Shown here one piece after another: positions 12,183 to 23,800 of a stretch of DNA of 64,000 nt (positions are counted from its first letter, which is position 1; each line of letters opens with the position of its first letter). The DNA comes from Kiritimatiellia bacterium (lineage in GTDB: Bacteria > Verrucomicrobiota > Kiritimatiellia > RFP12 > JBMNHG01). The translations under genes and the position numbers were made by a program. The notes beneath the pieces were generated by a model. The model was given only the letters and a program-made list of their open reading frames with translations, was not told the DNA's origin and made no database searches. The stretch spans positions 760,654 to 824,653 of the forward strand of contig JBMNHG010000002.1 in assembly GCA_050950285.1 (NCBI GenBank). The letters are read 5' to 3'.

Positions 12183-13430
12183 CTAGTTCTTGTAGAAGAT
12201 GACCGTGTTGACCGGGATCTTCGTGGGGTTGATGCGGTCGCCGGCATGAAGCGACTTGTCCGGGAAGAGGAAGTAGGTGTCGGGTGCGCGCCAGCTGGCG
12301 CCGCAGATGTCGTAGGCGGCGCATCGCGCGGTGACCGGGCCTCCCACGACGTAGCCGGAGAAAACGCGCGTGCCTTTCGGGAGGGCGGCGAGCCGCGTGG
12401 CGTCCAGTGCGCTGCCCCGCAGGTATTGTCCGTTGGGAAGGAGGTAGATGGTGGTTTCGGCGAGGGCGGCCTCGCCGGCGGCATCGGAGGCGGCCAGCCC
12501 GCCCTCGCCGATGACCTGGGGGGTCTCGGGCCCGCTGCCCGAATCGGCGGGGGAAGCGCCGAGAAGCACCGTCGTCCCGGCCTTCAGTCCCTTCCAGTTG
12601 GTGATGGTGTCGCCGGGATGGCGCGTCCCGTCGGGGTAGATGTAGAGGGTGGTGGGCTTGTTGTACCGTTCGCGGGCGATGTCCCATGCCGAGCGGGTGG
12701 CGGAAATCACGTTCTGTCCGGCGACCTGCGAATAGGTGGCGGCGGCCTGTTCCTGCTCCTTGGCGGAGCGGGCGTAGAGCACCCTGGCGAGGTAGGGGTC
12801 GCCCACGACGAGGCGCTTCGCCGCAACGTCGGGATCGGAGGCCGGCGCCGGTCCGAGGCCGAGTTTCGCCCGGACGGACGAGATGGCGAAGCGCATCCCG
12901 CACCGCTTGCGGCCGCGGTGGCTCCTTCGCTGCCAGCGGTTCGGCGCGCCGTAGGCCACCATCGAATGGGGGAGGATGCGCGAGTCGGGCACCTTGTATT
13001 TGGCCTTGAGGGTCGCGAGCAGCGCTCTCACGGACGCATACTGCGCCGCCGTGATGTCCTTGTTGTGGTAGCCGGCGATTTCGACGCCGACGGAGACATC
13101 GTCGAGTCCGCGCTGGTTGTTCCACATGCTGCGCCCGCAGTGGTAGGCCACGCGGCGGTCGTCGATGATGCGGTAGATCTTCCCGTTTTCCGCCACGAGA
13201 TAGTTCGCCTCGCCGCGCTGCTTCAGCTTTTCGGCGGCGCCGCGCCACGAGCCCTCGGTGGTGTGGAGGATGATGAACCGCGTGGACTTCCGGATGGGGC
13301 GCTCCTTGTTGCGCGGACTGTAGTAGGCGTCGGAGACGGCAACCGAGGCCGACGCGAACTGCGCGACGGCGGACAGCGCGATCGCAAGGGCGGCGCATCG
13401 CGCCCGGAGGATGGGTGCGGCAAATCGCAT
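12183..13430 (-). CDS. secreted N-acetylmuramoyl-L-alanine amidase (amidase_2/PGRP fold) with three C-terminal ~35-aa repeats
   Basis: Signal peptide MRFAAPILRARCAALAIALSAVAQFASA; FIILHTTEG...AYHCG amidase_2 motifs; C-terminal repeats TLYIYPDGTRHPGDTI / TIYLLPNGQYLRGSAL / TYFLFPDKSLHAGDRI. Only the last 415 codons of track ORF 12183..14981 are real; the upstream part overlaps gpmI out of frame. Confidence 0.75.
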   Translation of the reverse strand: MRFAAPILRARCAALAIALSAVAQFASASVAVSDAYYSPRNKERPIRKSTRFIILHTTEGSWRGAAEKLKQRGEANYLVAENGKIYRIIDDRRVAYHCGRSMWNNQRGLDDVSVGVEIAGYHNKDITAAQYASVRALLATLKAKYKVPDSRILPHSMVAYGAPNRWQRRSHRGRKRCGMRFAISSVRAKLGLGPAPASDPDVAAKRLVVGDPYLARVLYARSAKEQEQAAATYSQVAGQNVISATRSAWDIARERYNKPTTLYIYPDGTRHPGDTITNWKGLKAGTTVLLGASPADSGSGPETPQVIGEGGLAASDAAGEAALAETTIYLLPNGQYLRGSALDATRLAALPKGTRVFSGYVVGGPVTARCAAYDICGASWRAPDTYFLFPDKSLHAGDRINPTKIPVNTVIFYKN

Positions 13431-15019
13431 CAGGGCTTGGACTCCGTGATCCAGTCCGGACCGCCTTCGATGAGGTTCCGCCCGGTCATTTCGTCGGGGA
13501 TGGGCAGGCCGAGAAGGTGGAGGATCGTGGGGGCGATGTCGCAAAGTCTGCCGGTCGGCGCCATTTTCACGCCCACGGAGTCGCGCGCGACGTAGATGCA
13601 TTCGACATCGTTCAGCGTGTGGCTGGTCTTCACCAGGCCGGAGGCGTAATCCACCATCTGCTCCGAGTTGCCGTGGTCGGCCGTGATGAGCGCGTGGGCG
13701 TCGAGCTCCCCGAGGCGCTCCAGCAGCCGACCGATCTGCGCATCGACGATCTCGACGGCCCTGCGGGCGGCATCGAAGACGCCGGTATGGCCCACCATGT
13801 CGCCGTTCGCGTAGTTCACGACGATGAAGGCGTAGGGGTTGTCCTCCAGGCGCTCCAGCAGGGCGTCGGTGACGTTCCCGGCCTCCATCTCGGGGTGGCT
13901 CGCGAAGGTGGCGGGGTCGAAGCGGCTGGGGATGTCCACCTGTTCCTCGCCTGCGAAGGGCTGGGTGGACTTGCCGTTGAAGAAGCTGGTCACATGGCGG
14001 AACTTCTGCGTCTCGGCGATGCGCAGCTGGCGCAAGCCGGCGCGGCTCACGACTTCGCCCAGCAGGTTGTCCATGCCGCCCCCCGCGCCCATCGCGCCAA
14101 GGAGGTAGTTGTCGAACTCGTCCCAGTAGCGGGTGAAGCCGAGGTAGCCGACCTTGGGGCGCGCCTTGCGGTGTCCGGGGTACGCGTCGCAGACGAAGGC
14201 CTGCGTAAGCTGGATGGCGCGGTCCTGCCGGTAGTTGAAGTGCATCACGACGTCCCCGTCGCGGATGCCTTCGTAGCCGGCGATCACGTGGCAGGGGATG
14301 TACTCGTCGGTCATCTCCGCGCCGTCCGGGGTGAGATCGTTCGCGTAGGAGGCCTTGACGGCGTCCTCGGCGGAGGCGGCGGGGCGGCCTTCGGCGAGCA
14401 CGAGGCAGTGGAAGGCTTCGTCGGTGAGGGCGTAGTTCTTCGAGCGATCCATGCCGTAGTAGCGGCCCATGACGGTGCCGATGCGGCAGTTCCCCGTATC
14501 CGCCATCTCGCGGTCGAGCCGCGCGAGGTATTCGAGCGTGGAGCGCGGCGGCGTGTCGCGGCCGTCGAGGAAGGGATGGATCACGATCGCGCCGGAGGGG
14601 TTCTCCTGGCGGGCCCGACGCATCAGCTTGAAGAGGTGCTCCTGATGGGCGTGGACGCCCTCGTCCTGCAACAGCCCCATGAAGTGCAGCGTGCTGTCGT
14701 TCCGCTTCCAGTTCGCGATCAGCCCCTCCCACTTCGGCGAGGCGAACAGCTCGCCGGTGCTCAGGCCGTCGTCGATTCGCTTCAACTCCTGCACCACCAC
14801 GCGTCCCGCGCCCATGTTGAGGTGGCCGACTTCGCTCGAGCCCTGATAGCCGTCGGGCAGCCCCACCGCCTCGCCGCTGCACGCCAGGCGAGACCACGGA
14901 TAGCGCGCCTTCAGGCGGTCGATGACCGGCGTCTGCGCGGCAAAGACGGCGTTGCCGTCGTCGCGGGGGTTGATCCCCCATCCATCACGAATAATCAAAA
15001 CAACGGGTCGAAGGCTCAT
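13430..15019 (-). CDS. gpmI: 2,3-bisphosphoglycerate-independent phosphoglycerate mutase
   Basis: VVLIIRDGWG, EVGHLNMGAGR, ADHGN motifs; stop TGA overlaps amidase ATG (ATGA). Confidence 0.85.
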   Translation of the reverse strand: MSLRPVVLIIRDGWGINPRDDGNAVFAAQTPVIDRLKARYPWSRLACSGEAVGLPDGYQGSSEVGHLNMGAGRVVVQELKRIDDGLSTGELFASPKWEGLIANWKRNDSTLHFMGLLQDEGVHAHQEHLFKLMRRARQENPSGAIVIHPFLDGRDTPPRSTLEYLARLDREMADTGNCRIGTVMGRYYGMDRSKNYALTDEAFHCLVLAEGRPAASAEDAVKASYANDLTPDGAEMTDEYIPCHVIAGYEGIRDGDVVMHFNYRQDRAIQLTQAFVCDAYPGHRKARPKVGYLGFTRYWDEFDNYLLGAMGAGGGMDNLLGEVVSRAGLRQLRIAETQKFRHVTSFFNGKSTQPFAGEEQVDIPSRFDPATFASHPEMEAGNVTDALLERLEDNPYAFIVVNYANGDMVGHTGVFDAARRAVEIVDAQIGRLLERLGELDAHALITADHGNSEQMVDYASGLVKTSHTLNDVECIYVARDSVGVKMAPTGRLCDIAPTILHLLGLPIPDEMTGRNLIEGGPDWITESKP

Positions 15020-15214
15020 GGGGTTCCTTGGGAAAGAGGGCTTCATCAAGCGTTATAAGGGAGAAGGGGAAGTGTAGCAGACCTTCCCCTGGAAGGGAAG
15101 GGCGCGTTGCCTCACAATCCATGACACCGGAATTGCGCGAGGACCCGGCCTGCGTGCCGCGAGGATCCGATGGGAAGCGGCGATGCGGCCGGCGCGGTCG
15201 GCGGGCGGGCGGGC

Positions 15215-16126
15215 CTAGGAGGTGCGCTTGGCGTCGGCACGGGCGCGGCGGATGCGTTCGGCCTGTTCCAGCAGGAAGTCGCCGAAGGGCTCCCGCAAAT
15301 CCTCGCGTTCGAGGGCATAGAGCACGTTCGTGGTGAGGAAGCCGAGCTTGTTGCCGGCGTCATGCCGCACGGAATCCACGCGGCACCCGTAGATGGCACG
15401 GTTGCGCACCTGGCGGCGGAGCGCGTCCGTCAACTGGATCTCGCCGCCCTTGCCCGGCGGAATCGCGTCGAGGTGCGCGAAGATCTCCGGCGTGAGGACG
15501 TAGCGGCTCGCCACCACGAGGTTCGACGGCGCCTCTTCGGGAGCAGGCTTCTCGACCAGGTCGTCCACCCGGTACGTCCGGTCGCATACGGGGCGTGCCG
15601 ACACCACGCCGTAGCGGCTCACGCGCTCCATCGGCACCTCCTCCAGCGCCACCACGGATTCGCCGTAGCGTTCGTACACGTCCAGCAGCTGCGCGGTGGC
15701 GGGCTTCTCGCCCTGCATGAGCGTATCCCCCAGCAGCACGGCGAAGGGTTCGCCGCCCACGTGCTGGCGGGCGCAGCGGATCGCGTCGCCCAGGCCCAGC
15801 ATCTGCTTCTGCCAGATGAAGTGGATGTTCGCGAGGTCCGAAATCCGGCGCACCACCTCAAGCTCGGCAAGCTTCTTCTTCGCCTCGAGCTCGATCTCCA
15901 ATTCGAAACTGCGATCGAAGTGCTCCTCGATCGCCCGCTTGCCGCGTCCGATCACCATGAGGATGTCCGTGATGCCCGAAGCGACAGCCTCCTCGACCAC
16001 GTACTGGATGACGGGCTGGTCGACAATCGGAAGCATCTCCTTCGGCTGCGACTTGGTGGCCGGAAGGAAGCGCGTGCCGAAACCGGCGGCGGGGATGACG
16101 GCTTTTGAAATCATGGGAATCACCAT
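15215..16126 (-). CDS. galU: UTP--glucose-1-phosphate uridylyltransferase
   Basis: KAVIPAAGFGTRFLPATKSQPKEMLPIVDQPVIQYVVEEA N-terminal signature; ~300 aa. Confidence 0.85.
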   Translation of the reverse strand: MVIPMISKAVIPAAGFGTRFLPATKSQPKEMLPIVDQPVIQYVVEEAVASGITDILMVIGRGKRAIEEHFDRSFELEIELEAKKKLAELEVVRRISDLANIHFIWQKQMLGLGDAIRCARQHVGGEPFAVLLGDTLMQGEKPATAQLLDVYERYGESVVALEEVPMERVSRYGVVSARPVCDRTYRVDDLVEKPAPEEAPSNLVVASRYVLTPEIFAHLDAIPPGKGGEIQLTDALRRQVRNRAIYGCRVDSVRHDAGNKLGFLTTNVLYALEREDLREPFGDFLLEQAERIRRARADAKRTS

Positions 16127-16326
16127 ATCGCGAACGTTTTCAAAAGAGCAAGCCCAATCCGGAGGCGCGCTTCCGGCGGGCTTCCCGCGGCCTGGTTCGC
16201 GGGCTTTCGCGCGGGCTTTCGCGCGGGGATACCGCTGGTGGAATCCCGCCAACGCGCTATACTGGATTTTTTTTTCCCGCCCGCCCCCTACCCTACCCGG
16301 CCCGGCCCGGCCCCCTGCCCCGCACC

Positions 16327-17721
16327 ATGAAGAACGGCATCATCCGCGATTACACGAAAGGACCGCTTTTCGGTCCTCTTGTGCGATTTTCGCTGCCGTT
16401 CATGCTCTCGAACGCGCTGCAGGTGCTCTACACCACGGTGGACATGTTCGTGGTGGGAAACTGCGTGGGCGTGAACGGCCTTTCCGCCGTAACGAACGCG
16501 GGGCGCCTCGTGGACTTCTTCATCGTGCTCTGCATCGGCCTGTCGATGAGCGGGCAGATCTACATCGCGCAGCTGATCGGCCAAGGACGCCGCCAGGAAC
16601 TGAACCGCACCATCGGGACGCTCTTCACCTTCCTCCTCGCCATGGGCGCCGTCATGAGCGTGCTGGGCGTGGCCAGCGCGCGCACCCTGATCCGCTGGAT
16701 CCGCGTCCCCGCCGGCACGGAACGCGACGCGCTCTCCTATCTCACCTGCTGTTCCTCCGGCCTTCTCTTCTCCTACGGCTACAACATGGTCTCCTCCGTG
16801 TTGCGCGGCATGGGGGATTCGAAACGCCCCTTCCTTTTCGTGGCCATCGCCTCGATCGCGAACCTGGTACTGGACATCGCATTCGTGAAGTACCTGGGCA
16901 TGGGCGTCTTCGGCGCCGCCCTCGCCACGGTCCTCGCGCAGGCCCTCTCGTTCCTCTTCGCCCTCGCCCACCTCTATCGCAGGCGCGATGCGTTCGGCTT
17001 CGACTTCCGCCCCCGCAGCTTCCGGATGGATCGCGCCATCCTCCGCGCCCTCCTCCGGGTGGGGATCCCGATTGCCATCCGCTTTTCCGCCATCAACATC
17101 TCGATGATGTACGTCCTCTCCCTCGTGAACGGCGTCGGGATCGCCGCCTCCGCCCTCTTCGGAACGGGCGTGAAGCTGGACGACATCGTCACCAAGATCA
17201 CCATGGGCATCATGCAGGCCACCACCGTCGTGGTCGGCCAGAACTACGGCGCGCACCAGTTCGGCCGCATCCGGCGCGCCGTGGTCTACGCCTGGATCCT
17301 CAGCTTCGGCTTCTACGCCGTCTACACCTTCTTCCTGCTGCGCTATCCCGAAACGATGTTCGGCTTCTTCCTGAAGGACAACCCGGAGTTCCCCGGCCTG
17401 CGCGAGGAGGTGCTGGCCCTCGCGCCGCTCTTCGCGCGCACCATCGTCTGGCAGTTCCCGGGGCTGGTGATCATGCGCGGCACCAACGGATTCATCAACG
17501 GGATCGGGCACACCCGCCTCTCGCTGCTCTTCGGACTGTTCGACGGCGTCGTCCTCCGCATCGGCTGCAGCTGGTTCCTGGGCGACGTCGTGGGGCTGGG
17601 CCTCCAAGGCTACATCCTGGGCTTCGCCGTGGCCTGCTACGGCACGGGAATCCCCTCGCTGGTCTACTTCTTCTTCTTCCCATGGGAGAAGCGGAAGGCG
17701 GTCACCGTTCTTGAAGGTTGA
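16327..17721 (+). CDS. MATE-family multidrug/oligosaccharidyl-lipid efflux transporter
   Basis: 12-TM protein, MATE N-terminal block LPFMLSNALQVLYTTVDMFVVG and second-half repeat; ATG at 16327. Confidence 0.85.
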   Translation: MKNGIIRDYTKGPLFGPLVRFSLPFMLSNALQVLYTTVDMFVVGNCVGVNGLSAVTNAGRLVDFFIVLCIGLSMSGQIYIAQLIGQGRRQELNRTIGTLFTFLLAMGAVMSVLGVASARTLIRWIRVPAGTERDALSYLTCCSSGLLFSYGYNMVSSVLRGMGDSKRPFLFVAIASIANLVLDIAFVKYLGMGVFGAALATVLAQALSFLFALAHLYRRRDAFGFDFRPRSFRMDRAILRALLRVGIPIAIRFSAINISMMYVLSLVNGVGIAASALFGTGVKLDDIVTKITMGIMQATTVVVGQNYGAHQFGRIRRAVVYAWILSFGFYAVYTFFLLRYPETMFGFFLKDNPEFPGLREEVLALAPLFARTIVWQFPGLVIMRGTNGFINGIGHTRLSLLFGLFDGVVLRIGCSWFLGDVVGLGLQGYILGFAVACYGTGIPSLVYFFFFPWEKRKAVTVLEG

Positions 17722-17813
17722 CCCAGGATTCGATTCGTGGGATACTTTCCGCGAATGGTCAAGACGGTCCAACCCGATCTCCGTCTCTCCTCCTCCCCCA
17801 CCCCCAAACCCGG

Positions 17814-20800
17814 ATGGTTCCCATGCACATGAAACGCCACCTCCTCGCCGCATGGTTCGCCGCAAGCGTGATTCCCGCGCTGGCGGGCACCCAGTTCGTT
17901 TCCTTGGACGCGTCTGTCCAGCGTATCGATATCGGCAGCACGTCCGTCTACGTCTTCACGAACACGGCGGCGACCGTCACCCTCGCGCCGGCCATCCCCC
18001 TCAACGTGGTGCGCGCGCTGGTGGTCGGCGGCGGCGGCGCCGGCGGATGGACCATCGGCGGCGGCGGTGGCGGCGGCGGCGTGATCGACTTCACGCCCGC
18101 GGCCGGCGCAAACGTCCCGCTCCTTCCCGGCACGGACTACACCCTTTCGGTCGGCGCGGGCGGCTACGACCAGTCTTCGCCCCAGACGGAGTGGCCCGAC
18201 GGCGGCGACGGCGAGAACTCCACCCTCGACCTCGGCACGACGAACCTCGTGGCCTTCGGCGGCGGAGGAGGCGCCGGCTGGCACGGAGTGAGCGGCACAA
18301 GCGCCGGCCACGATGGCGGATGCGGCGGCGGTTCCTGCAACCGCCGCGAACGCGGCACGGCGGCCGAATACCAGGCGGTGGGCCTGCAAGGCGGAAGCGG
18401 AGGCGCCTCGCTCGCGGCGGGCGGCACGGACAGCTGCCCCGGCGGCGGCGGAGGCGGCGGCGGCAACGGCGCGGACGGCCAAAGCGGCCATGCCGGCAAC
18501 GGCGGCATCGGCTACCTCTGCGACATCACGGGCGTCGCGACCTACTATGCGGGCGGCGGCGGCGGCGGCGCCGGAAACGACTGCAACACGGCAGGCAGCG
18601 GCGGCCTCGGCGGCGGCGGAGACGGCTCCGCAATCAACTCGAACCTCCCCGGCACGCCCGGCGCGGACGGCCTCGGCGGAGGCGGCGGAGGCGGCTCGTA
18701 CAACGGACCGACCCATGGCGGCGCAGGCGGCAGCGGCGTCGTCATCCTCGCCGTGACCCCCGCGACCGACGCTCCCGTGCTCTCGGCCTCCGCCGCCGCC
18801 ACGGGCCTTTCCACCGCCACGCTCTCCGCTTCGCCCGTCTTCGCGGGCCTCGACGCGTCGACGGTCGACTTCTCCTACCGCGTCTGGATCGACGGCCAGG
18901 CCGCCCCCGCGTTCGCGAAGGGCGCGACCGGCGTCGCGACCGGCTCCACCTGGAGCCAGAACCTCACCAATCTGATCGCCGACGTCCTCTACCGCTTCGA
19001 AGTGACGGCCACGAACGACCTCGGCGTCGCGGCCGATGAAAACGTCGCCGGCACCTTCCGCACCTGGGTCGTCCCCGTGGCCGAGTCCGCGTTCTCCACG
19101 TCGGACGCCTCCGTGCGCCGCCTGGAAACCTCCCAGGGGGCAACCTACGTCTTCACGAACACCGCAGGCACCCTCACCTTCACGCCCCTCACCGACCTCG
19201 TGCTCGAACAGGCCCTCGTCGTGGGCGGCGGCGGCGGCGGCGGCTGGACCATCGGCGGCGGCGGCGGCGGCGGCGGCGTGATCGACTTCGCCCCCGAATC
19301 CGGGCTTCGCCTCCTCGCCAACCAGACCTACTCCATCGTCGTCGGCGCCGGCGGAAGCAACCAGGCGAATGTCGGCAACTGGCCCAACGGGCTCAACGGC
19401 GGCGACTCGTCCCTCGACCTGCTCTCCACCAACCTCGTCGCGCTGGGCGGCGGCGGCGGCGGCTCCTGGAATTCCTCGGCCGGTCTCGCCGGCGGCTGCG
19501 GCGGCGGATCCTCCAACCGCAACGCCACCGAAGCCGAAGGCGGCCAGGGCGGCAACGGCGGCCCATCCGTCGGCGAATGCCCCGGCGGCGGCGGCGGCGC
19601 GGGCGGCAACGGCCAGCCCGGACAGAACGCCGCGCAGACGGCCGGCCAGGGCGGCATCGGCTATCTCTCCGACATCACCGGAACCCCCGCCTACTACGCG
19701 GGCGGCGGCGGCGGCGGTGGCGGCAACTCCTGCCACTACGGCGGCCAGGGCGGCCTCGGAGGCGGCGGCGACGGCCGCGACGCCAACTCCCCCGTTCCCG
19801 CCGGCGCCGGCACCGACGGCCTCGGCGGCGGCGGCGCGGGCGGCTCGCACGCCAGCGCCAACTGCGGCGGCCGCGGCGGATCCGGCACCGTCATCCTCGC
19901 CCTCCGCTATCCCGATTCCATCACCCCCACGGCCACATTCGAGGCGGCAACCCTCTCCACCTCCTCCGTCTCCGTGACCGGCACCCTCGCCTCCCCCGGC
20001 ACCGGCGCCCTCTCCGCCGACCTCTATTTCACCTGCGGCCCGAACACGAACAACCTTCCCGCCGCAACCCTCGTGCGCTCCGGCTGGACCGCCGGAACCT
20101 CGTGGTCCACCAACCTCTTCAACCTCCCGCCCGGCAAGCCCGTCTACTTCCAAGCGACCCTCGTGAACGACCTCGGCGAAGCGTCCACCTTCACGGGCTC
20201 GGCCCGTCCCGCCCTCGGCGTCTCGACCGACCCCGGCGCGACCGTCATCATCGACGGCGACCGCATCGTCTACGTCTTCGACAACCCCTCCGCCGGAAGC
20301 GTCACCTTCACGCCGGCGGCGGCGGTCTCGTTCGACCGCGCCCTCCTCGTGGGCGGCGGCGGCGCAGGCGGCTGGACCATCGGCGGCGGAGGCGGAGGCG
20401 GAGGCGTCGTCTCCTTCACCCCCGCCGAGGAGCTGCTCCTCGCGGCGAACGAACCCATCTCCCTTTCCGTGGGCGCAGGCGGCGACAACATGCCCGCCTA
20501 CGGATGGACCTACGGACGCAACGGCGGCAACTCGACCCTCGCGTTCGGCAACGTCTCCCTCGCCGCGATCGGCGGCGGCGGCGGCGGAAGCTGGAGCGAA
20601 CGCAACCAGGGCGGCGACGGCGGCTGCGGCGGCGGCTCCGCCAACAACGGGAACGCCCGCGCCGCAGGCTCGCAGGGCGGCAACGGCGGCATCAACAACG
20701 GCGACAAGCCGGGCGGCGGCGGCGGCGCGGGCGGCAACGGCCAGGACGGCAACACCGTCGCCGACACCGCCGGCAAGGGCGGCGACGGCATCCTCTCCGA

Positions 20801-23800
20801 CATCACCGGCACCCCCGCCTACTACGCCGGCGGAGGCGGCGGCGCAGGCGGCAACTCCTGCCTCTACGGCGCACCGGGCGGCCTCGGCGGCGGCGGCCGC
20901 GGATACGACAAGGACAGCAACAGGACCGGCCAAGACGGCGCCGACGGCCTCGGCGGCGGAGGCGGAGGCGGCGCCTATGGCGGCGGCTGCCCCGGCGGCC
21001 GAGGCGGAAACGGCACCGTCATCCTCGCCTTCTCCCTCCTCTCCGGAACCCATCCCATCGCCAGCGTGACACCCTTGGTGTCCTCTCCGGGAAGCGTCTC
21101 CTTCACCGGACTCCTCGCAATCCCCGGCGACGGCGCCGACACCGCGGAAGCCACCCTGTCCTACGCGCCCGTCGGGCAGCAGCTCCCCGCAGGAACCGTC
21201 GTGAAGACCGGCTGGACGGAGAACGAATCCTTTACCGTCTCCTACTCCGGACTCACCCCCGGCATCCCCTACGCCTACGTCGTGGGCGTCACCAACAACA
21301 TCGGCAACGGCATCGTCCTGGAAGGCACCTTCAGCACCGCCGAGGCCCTCGGCGCCTATGTCGCCGAAACCGGAAACGACACCACCGGCAACGGAACCCA
21401 GGCGAACCCCTTCCGTACCGTCACGCGCGCCTTCGCGTGCACCGCGGCCGGCGCCACCATCCATGTCGCGCCCGGCACCTACGACGTCGAAGCCGGCGAA
21501 CGGTTCCCGCTCGATGCCACCGGCTACGCCATCCTCGGCTCCGGCGACATCGGCGAATACGCCATCCTCGACGGCGGAAACGCCTCCGAGAACCTCTTCA
21601 CCGTGACGAACGGCTCCTTCGCCCTCTCGAACCTCTGGCTGCGCGAAACCACCAACGCCATCTTCTGGACCCGCAACGCCACGCTGGACGTCGCAGACTG
21701 CCGCTTCACGCAGAGCTTCGAAAACTACCTCAACTCCAACACCTCCGAAGACGGCATCACCCTCGCGGACGTCGGCGTGGGCGTCCTCGAGTCGCGCATC
21801 ACGACCGACGCCACCTTCGACCGCTGCGATTTCGTCGGCATGAAACGCTTCTCCATCTTCGAATCGCTCTACCACTGCATGACCGTCACGCTGAACGACT
21901 CGCTCGTCGCAAGCAACAACGTCATCAACGGCGTCTTCTCCTCCGCCTGCTGGGGCAACGTCGCCGCGATGCGCCTCTTCTTCAACCGGACGGACTTCAT
22001 CGAGAACGTCGGCGACTACGGCTACCGCCACGACTGCGCGAACTGTTCGATCGCCTACGTCTGCGGCAACAGCGCGAACGGCCCGGCCGAGATCCGAAGC
22101 ATGATCGCCATCGACGCATGCCGCTTCCTCGCGAACCGCGGCGGCAACCTCGTCGGCCTCGACTACTGCTCCCCCAACCTCTCCACCATCCGCAACTCGC
22201 TCTTCGTGGACAACTACGCCCACCAGGCGATGTTCCAGGGCCATGACGCCGAGATGCGGACCTACAACTCGACCTTCATCCGGAACTCCGGCAACTACTC
22301 CGCCTTCAACATGCCCCATACGCTCTACGACTGCGTGATCTCCGACGGCGGGCCCATGGGCTTCTGGATGCCGAACTATGGCGACCGAAGCAACGCCGGA
22401 GCCACGAGGCTGGAGAACTGCCTTCTCTGGAACACGCCCGATGGGACAGGCTGGAACCGCGTGGGAAGCACCCTCGTCGAAGCCGACCCCATCCTCGAAA
22501 ACGCAGGCGCGGCATGGAGCGACCCCGCCTTCGACGCCTCGCCCCGCCCGTACTCGCCCGCCATCGACGCCGGCGTCAACGGCCGCATCGACTCGACCGG
22601 GGACCTCGCAGGCAACCCGCGCATCGCCGACAACGACGGCGACGGGACCCCCGTCATCGACCTCGGCGCCTACGAGTCGCCCTACGGCGATTCCGACACG
22701 CCCGCCTTCCTCATGCCCTTCCCGGGCGTGACGAACGCCATCCGCGGGACAACGGTCGATATCCCCATCACGATCTCGCCCGCCGCCGAAGGACCGGTCA
22801 CCGCGTCCGTCGCCTATCCCGACGACGCGACCGGCCCCGCCACCCTCGTGTTCGCGGACGGCACGGGCCCCGTCATCCTGCCGGTCACCTTCCCCGTCGA
22901 AGGCACCGGCAGCTGGACGCGCGTGGTCGTCTCCGATGCCGCCGACCCCGCCGGCGTCCTCCCGCTGAACGTGGACGCCTACCTCTCCGGCTTCCTCGTG
23001 AACGCCGGCCACAACAGCCTGGTGTATGTCCGCGAAGGCGAAACCATCACCCTCCCCGTGCGGCTCGACCTCGACGGCGTCGTCGCCCCCGCGGCCATCC
23101 CCGTGGAACTCGTTTCGACGGCCGGCGCCGGCTCGAACACCCTCTCGTGGAACGGCGGGGCGGGCATCGCAAAGGGCGCCGCCTCCACCGTCGGCGGACT
23201 CGTCCTCGCCGGCCACGCGGGCGTCAACACCGCCACCCTGAGGGCCGGCGCAGGATACTCCTTCGCCGAGACCGAGTCCGACACCTTCACCATCACCGTG
23301 GTGGGCTATCCCGGATGGATGGCTGTCGACCCCTCGACCGGCGACGACGACCAGTACGTCGGTTCCATGGCCTCGCCCTTCCGCACCGTCACCCGCGCTC
23401 TCGAGGTGCTCCGCGACGGCGACACCGTCCGCCTGCTCCCCGGCACCTACACCGCCGCCACGCAGACCTTCCCGTGGAATCCCGGAAACGTCGCGCTCGT
23501 GGGCTACGACGCCAACGGCCCGGCCGATCCGGCCGACGTCGTGATCGACGGCGGAGGCACCGTCGCGACGCTGGTCTGCATCGGCAACCTCGACGGATCG
23601 GCCACCAACGCCATCCTCGAGAACCTCACCCTGCGCGACACCGCCTCCGCGGCGGTTCAAGTGGACTGGAACACCGTCTCCATCCGCAACTGCGCCTTCA
23701 CGCAGGCCGCCGAAAACGCCGACGCGTACGGCGCGATCCTCATGCGCGACAACGCCCGCGCCACCGCCGAACGCTGCTCCTTCACCGGCATCCGCCGCCA

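Noticed and set aside
13431-14981. Upstream 517 codons of track ORF 12183..14981
   Set aside because: This is an out-of-frame overlap of gpmI, which has unambiguous iPGM motifs in its own frame. Only the last 415 codons (amidase) are real.
18000-21000. Possible CRISPR or tandem DNA repeat because of recurring GGCGGCGGCGGC runs
   Set aside because: Irregular spacing, and the runs are in-frame poly-Gly codons inside a coding sequence. No repeat-spacer periodicity.
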